In this document: piece by piece, positions 56,940 through 59,504 of the stretch
Position numbering within the stretch: position 1 is the stretch's first letter
Layout of the letters: every line of letters starts with the position of its first letter
NCBI GenBank assembly: GCA_052326845.1
Contig: JBKQJR010000005.1
Length of the DNA: 59,504 bases
Strand: one strand, 5' to 3'
DNA from: Acidocella sp.
GTDB taxonomy: Bacteria > Pseudomonadota > Alphaproteobacteria > Acetobacterales > Acetobacteraceae
Position numbers and translations under genes: made by a program
The notes under the pieces: generated by a model
Database searches by the model: none
What the model saw: only the letters and a program-made list of their open reading frames with translations
Told to the model about the DNA's origin: nothing

Positions 56940-59258
56940 ATGACTTATCGTACCGCCGGGCAGCGCCAACGCCCGAATAGCCGTCATTTTTGGGTGAACG
57001 CCCCGCTGGCGCTGGGGGTTGTGGGGCTGGTGCTGCACGCGGGCGCGGCGCGTGCGCAAACGCCGCCGCCCCCGCCGGTCAATGGCTCGCAGCTCACCGC
57101 CGTGATTGTTAAAGGCAAAACGCCTGCCCAGGCCGCGCGTGCCAAGCTCAGCAAGATTCCCGGCGGCTTCTCGGTGGTGGACAGCGCAGAGGTCGCCAAG
57201 GGCCGTGTGCGAAGCAACGCCGACCTGCTGAAGCTGCAGCCGGGTGTCATCGCCGCCGCCACGGGCGCCGGCGGCTTCGACTCGATCAAGGTCTCGATCC
57301 GCGGTTCGGGCGTGAATAACGGCGTCGGCTATTTCCGAAACGGCATCAAGTACGAGTTCGACGACCTGCCGGTGACCACGCCTTCTGGCACGCCCTATGA
57401 GCTGTTCGATCCTCAGGGCCTCGACTACACGGAAATTCTGCGCGGCGACAACGCTTTCACCACCGGTGACCTCGCCCTTGGCGGCACCATCGACTATCAT
57501 ACGAACACCGGCCGCACCGCGCCGTATAGCGAAATACGCACCGAATTCGGCAGCTTTGGCTATATAAAGGGCTCGGCAGCCACCGGCGGCGTGGTTGGCC
57601 CCTGGGACTATTACATCAACGTCATCGGCGAGAGCCAGAACGGCTGGCAGCAGCACTCCAACGCCTCGGCCCAGCACGTCATCGCCAATCTTGGCTACCA
57701 GATCAACGACAACGCCGAGACACGTGTGTATTTCCGCTACGGCAAGGAATTGTTCTACGGTCCCGGCGCGCTCACCCGCGGGCAGATCGAGAGTTCCACA
57801 CCGGACCAAGCCCAGCTCGCCTATTTGGAGACCAACTACAAGCGCAACCAGCCGGGTTCCGAGCTGATTGGTGACGTGACCAAGCTGCGCTTTGCCGATA
57901 ACCAGTCCGTTGAGCTTGGCCTCGCCTACCAGAACTTCCCCATCGTCATTGGTCCGAGCAGCACCTCCGCGCCGATCCTGGCGAAATGGGATTACGGCAA
58001 TATCGCCGCGCAGGTGAAGTACGAGAACACCTCGCGGCTATTCGGTCATGGCAACGACTTCACCGCCGCCGCTTATTGGTCCGACGACATCTACGGCGAC
58101 GCCAAGGAAGAGGCGATCGCCGCCGACGGCGCCAACCCCTACGGTACGAGCTACAGCTACCTGGGCGCGACCTATAAGATCGCCCCCACCTCCTACTACA
58201 ACATTCCCGGCGTAACGGCCGGCGAACGCCTGTACTGGAACAAGTTCAACGGCTCTACCGACCAGACCGCGCTGCTCTCCGACGATTTTGAGCTCATCCA
58301 TAACTTGTGGCTCACGCTGGGCGGCGCGGTCGTCAACACCCCGCGTAACTTCAACACCATAGGCAACACCTACGTGACGGGTACCACGATCCCGGTCGTG
58401 CAGACCCCGAGCTTCCGCAGCTCCGAGACGAACCTCATTCCGCGCATCGGCCTGCTTTGGGATGTGAGCCAGGACCTGCAGCTCTTCACGTCCTATGGCG
58501 GCAATATCGAGCCGCGCGAGGACTGGGCGGGCGGCTACGGCCCCTATAGCGGCACCACGGCCTCGACCTACCCGAATTACGGCATCCTGAACCTGAAGAA
58601 CCAGGAGGCCGACACGGTGGAGGTTGGCTTCCGCGGCCGTTATGGTATCTTCCAGGGCAGCACCGATTACTACTACGCGCAGGTTTCCGACGAGCTGCTG
58701 ACCATCTACGATGCCTCGATCGACGCCAACACCACCATCAACGCGCCGCACGCCACGCATCAGGGTGTTGAATCGGAGCTGGACACGGTGCTGTGGCAGG
58801 ATGGCGGCAGCTTCTGGGGCGACACCACCGGCGTGAACCGCGTGCATCTGGTGCAGACCTTCACCTGGAGTGACTTAACCTTCAACAGCAATGGCGGCGC
58901 CCTGAGCAACAAAACAGAGCCAGGCCTGCCGCCCGAATACTACCAGGGCGAGCTGGCCTTTGACGCCGCGAATGGCATCTACGCCAATTTCGACGCCACG
59001 GCGGCTTCTGGCACTTACGTTGACTATCTGAACACCTGGAAGGCGGCACCTTACGTTGTCTACGGCCTCACCGTCGGGTGGCAGCAGCAGCGCGCGGACA
59101 AAAAGGGCTGGCAGGTGTCGCTCAGCGTCGACAACCTGACCGACACCAAATACGCCGTGGCCATCGCGCCGACCTACAACGCGAACCATGCCGACTACGC
59201 CAACGAGTACCCCGGCGCTGGGCTGGGGGTGTATTCGGCGGTGGACTACAAATTCTAA
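56940..59258 (+). CDS. TonB-dependent outer-membrane receptor
   Basis: Signal peptide ending AARA, TonB-box-like LTAVIVKG, plug motifs SIRGSG and EILRG...LGGTI, NLTD.KY, and C-terminal YKF. Confidence 0.93.
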   Translation: MTYRTAGQRQRPNSRHFWVNAPLALGVVGLVLHAGAARAQTPPPPPVNGSQLTAVIVKGKTPAQAARAKLSKIPGGFSVVDSAEVAKGRVRSNADLLKLQPGVIAAATGAGGFDSIKVSIRGSGVNNGVGYFRNGIKYEFDDLPVTTPSGTPYELFDPQGLDYTEILRGDNAFTTGDLALGGTIDYHTNTGRTAPYSEIRTEFGSFGYIKGSAATGGVVGPWDYYINVIGESQNGWQQHSNASAQHVIANLGYQINDNAETRVYFRYGKELFYGPGALTRGQIESSTPDQAQLAYLETNYKRNQPGSELIGDVTKLRFADNQSVELGLAYQNFPIVIGPSSTSAPILAKWDYGNIAAQVKYENTSRLFGHGNDFTAAAYWSDDIYGDAKEEAIAADGANPYGTSYSYLGATYKIAPTSYYNIPGVTAGERLYWNKFNGSTDQTALLSDDFELIHNLWLTLGGAVVNTPRNFNTIGNTYVTGTTIPVVQTPSFRSSETNLIPRIGLLWDVSQDLQLFTSYGGNIEPREDWAGGYGPYSGTTASTYPNYGILNLKNQEADTVEVGFRGRYGIFQGSTDYYYAQVSDELLTIYDASIDANTTINAPHATHQGVESELDTVLWQDGGSFWGDTTGVNRVHLVQTFTWSDLTFNSNGGALSNKTEPGLPPEYYQGELAFDAANGIYANFDATAASGTYVDYLNTWKAAPYVVYGLTVGWQQQRADKKGWQVSLSVDNLTDTKYAVAIAPTYNANHADYANEYPGAGLGVYSAVDYKF

Positions 59259-59377
59259 TCCCCAAAGGCAGGCCCGTGGACCGCGCGCTTACATGCCCGG
59301 TCTGCGAGCCCGTCGCCCCGCTTTGCCGTATGGCCATAACGAGGGCTATACTCCACCTTTTTTAAATCGATATAATT

Positions 59378-59504
59378 TGAGCTGCTGCCGGTTTCGTGGA
59401 CACGACGATAAGATCGTGATCGAGGAACCGGAGAGAGGACATGACGAGACGGAAGTTTGGCAGTGAGTTCAAGATTGAGGCTGTGAAGCTGGTGACGGAG
59501 CGGG
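59378..59504 (+). mobile_element. Left end of an IS3-family element: left IR (59378..59402) and start of OrfA (59441 to the window edge)
   Basis: TGAGCTGCTGCCGGTTTCGTGGACA, then GAGGAC-ATG giving MTRRKFGSEFKIEAVKLVTER, a typical IS3 OrfA N-terminus. Confidence 0.93.

Larger units (their letters stand above)
40073..59377. mobile_element. Probable genomic island (organosulfur utilisation cargo) anchored at tRNA-Thr; far boundary not in the window
   Basis: Core genes end at the tRNA, followed by ~700 bp of non-coding or decayed DNA with a TGTCCGG direct repeat (40139..40145, 40150..40156). Accessory catabolic genes follow and end at an IS. No integrase is seen. Confidence 0.55.

Overview
High-GC alphaproteobacterial chromosome segment. 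Gene content and class I LysRS fit Acetobacteraceae (Acidocella/Acidiphilium-like); this assignment is an inference. The window starts in the right end, and stops in the left end, of what looks like the same IS3-family element (identical 25-bp terminal repeats), so it is probably a whole contig broken at IS copies. There are three zones. (1) 1-2.8 kb is a decayed island at tRNA-Glu(CTC): nested IS3 remnants, an RMD1/DUF155-like gene and an internally deleted tyrosine integrase. (2) 2.9-40.1 kb is core genome: recJ, tonB, dnaK-dnaJ, leuA with a Leu-rich leader peptide, rlmB, tRNA-Tyr/Gly/Trp, secE-nusG, emrAB-like, phbB, DinG-family helicase, lysS, an MprF-like membrane domain, ALDH, degP-like, usp, a polyamine pot/puu cluster, an NdvC-like GH17, rph, hrcA and tRNA-Thr. 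Two diverged copies of a ~145-bp palindromic element lie in this zone. (3) 40.1-59.4 kb is an accessory block behind tRNA-Thr(CGT) that looks like a complete organosulfur-scavenging system of unknown substrate: two NtaA/DmoA-type and two DszC/SfnB-type flavin monooxygenases, an aldo-keto reductase, a GrpB-like protein, a peptide-type ABC importer, an asymmetric heterodimeric ABC exporter and a TonB-dependent receptor. The strongest sequence-level signals are in zone 3. The 772-aa receptor has no Cys and no Met after the initiator, the enzymes are strongly sulfur-depleted, and the block's promoters share a TCTAT-N7-ATAGA box although no regulator is encoded locally. All family calls come from motif recognition by eye; no database searches were run.
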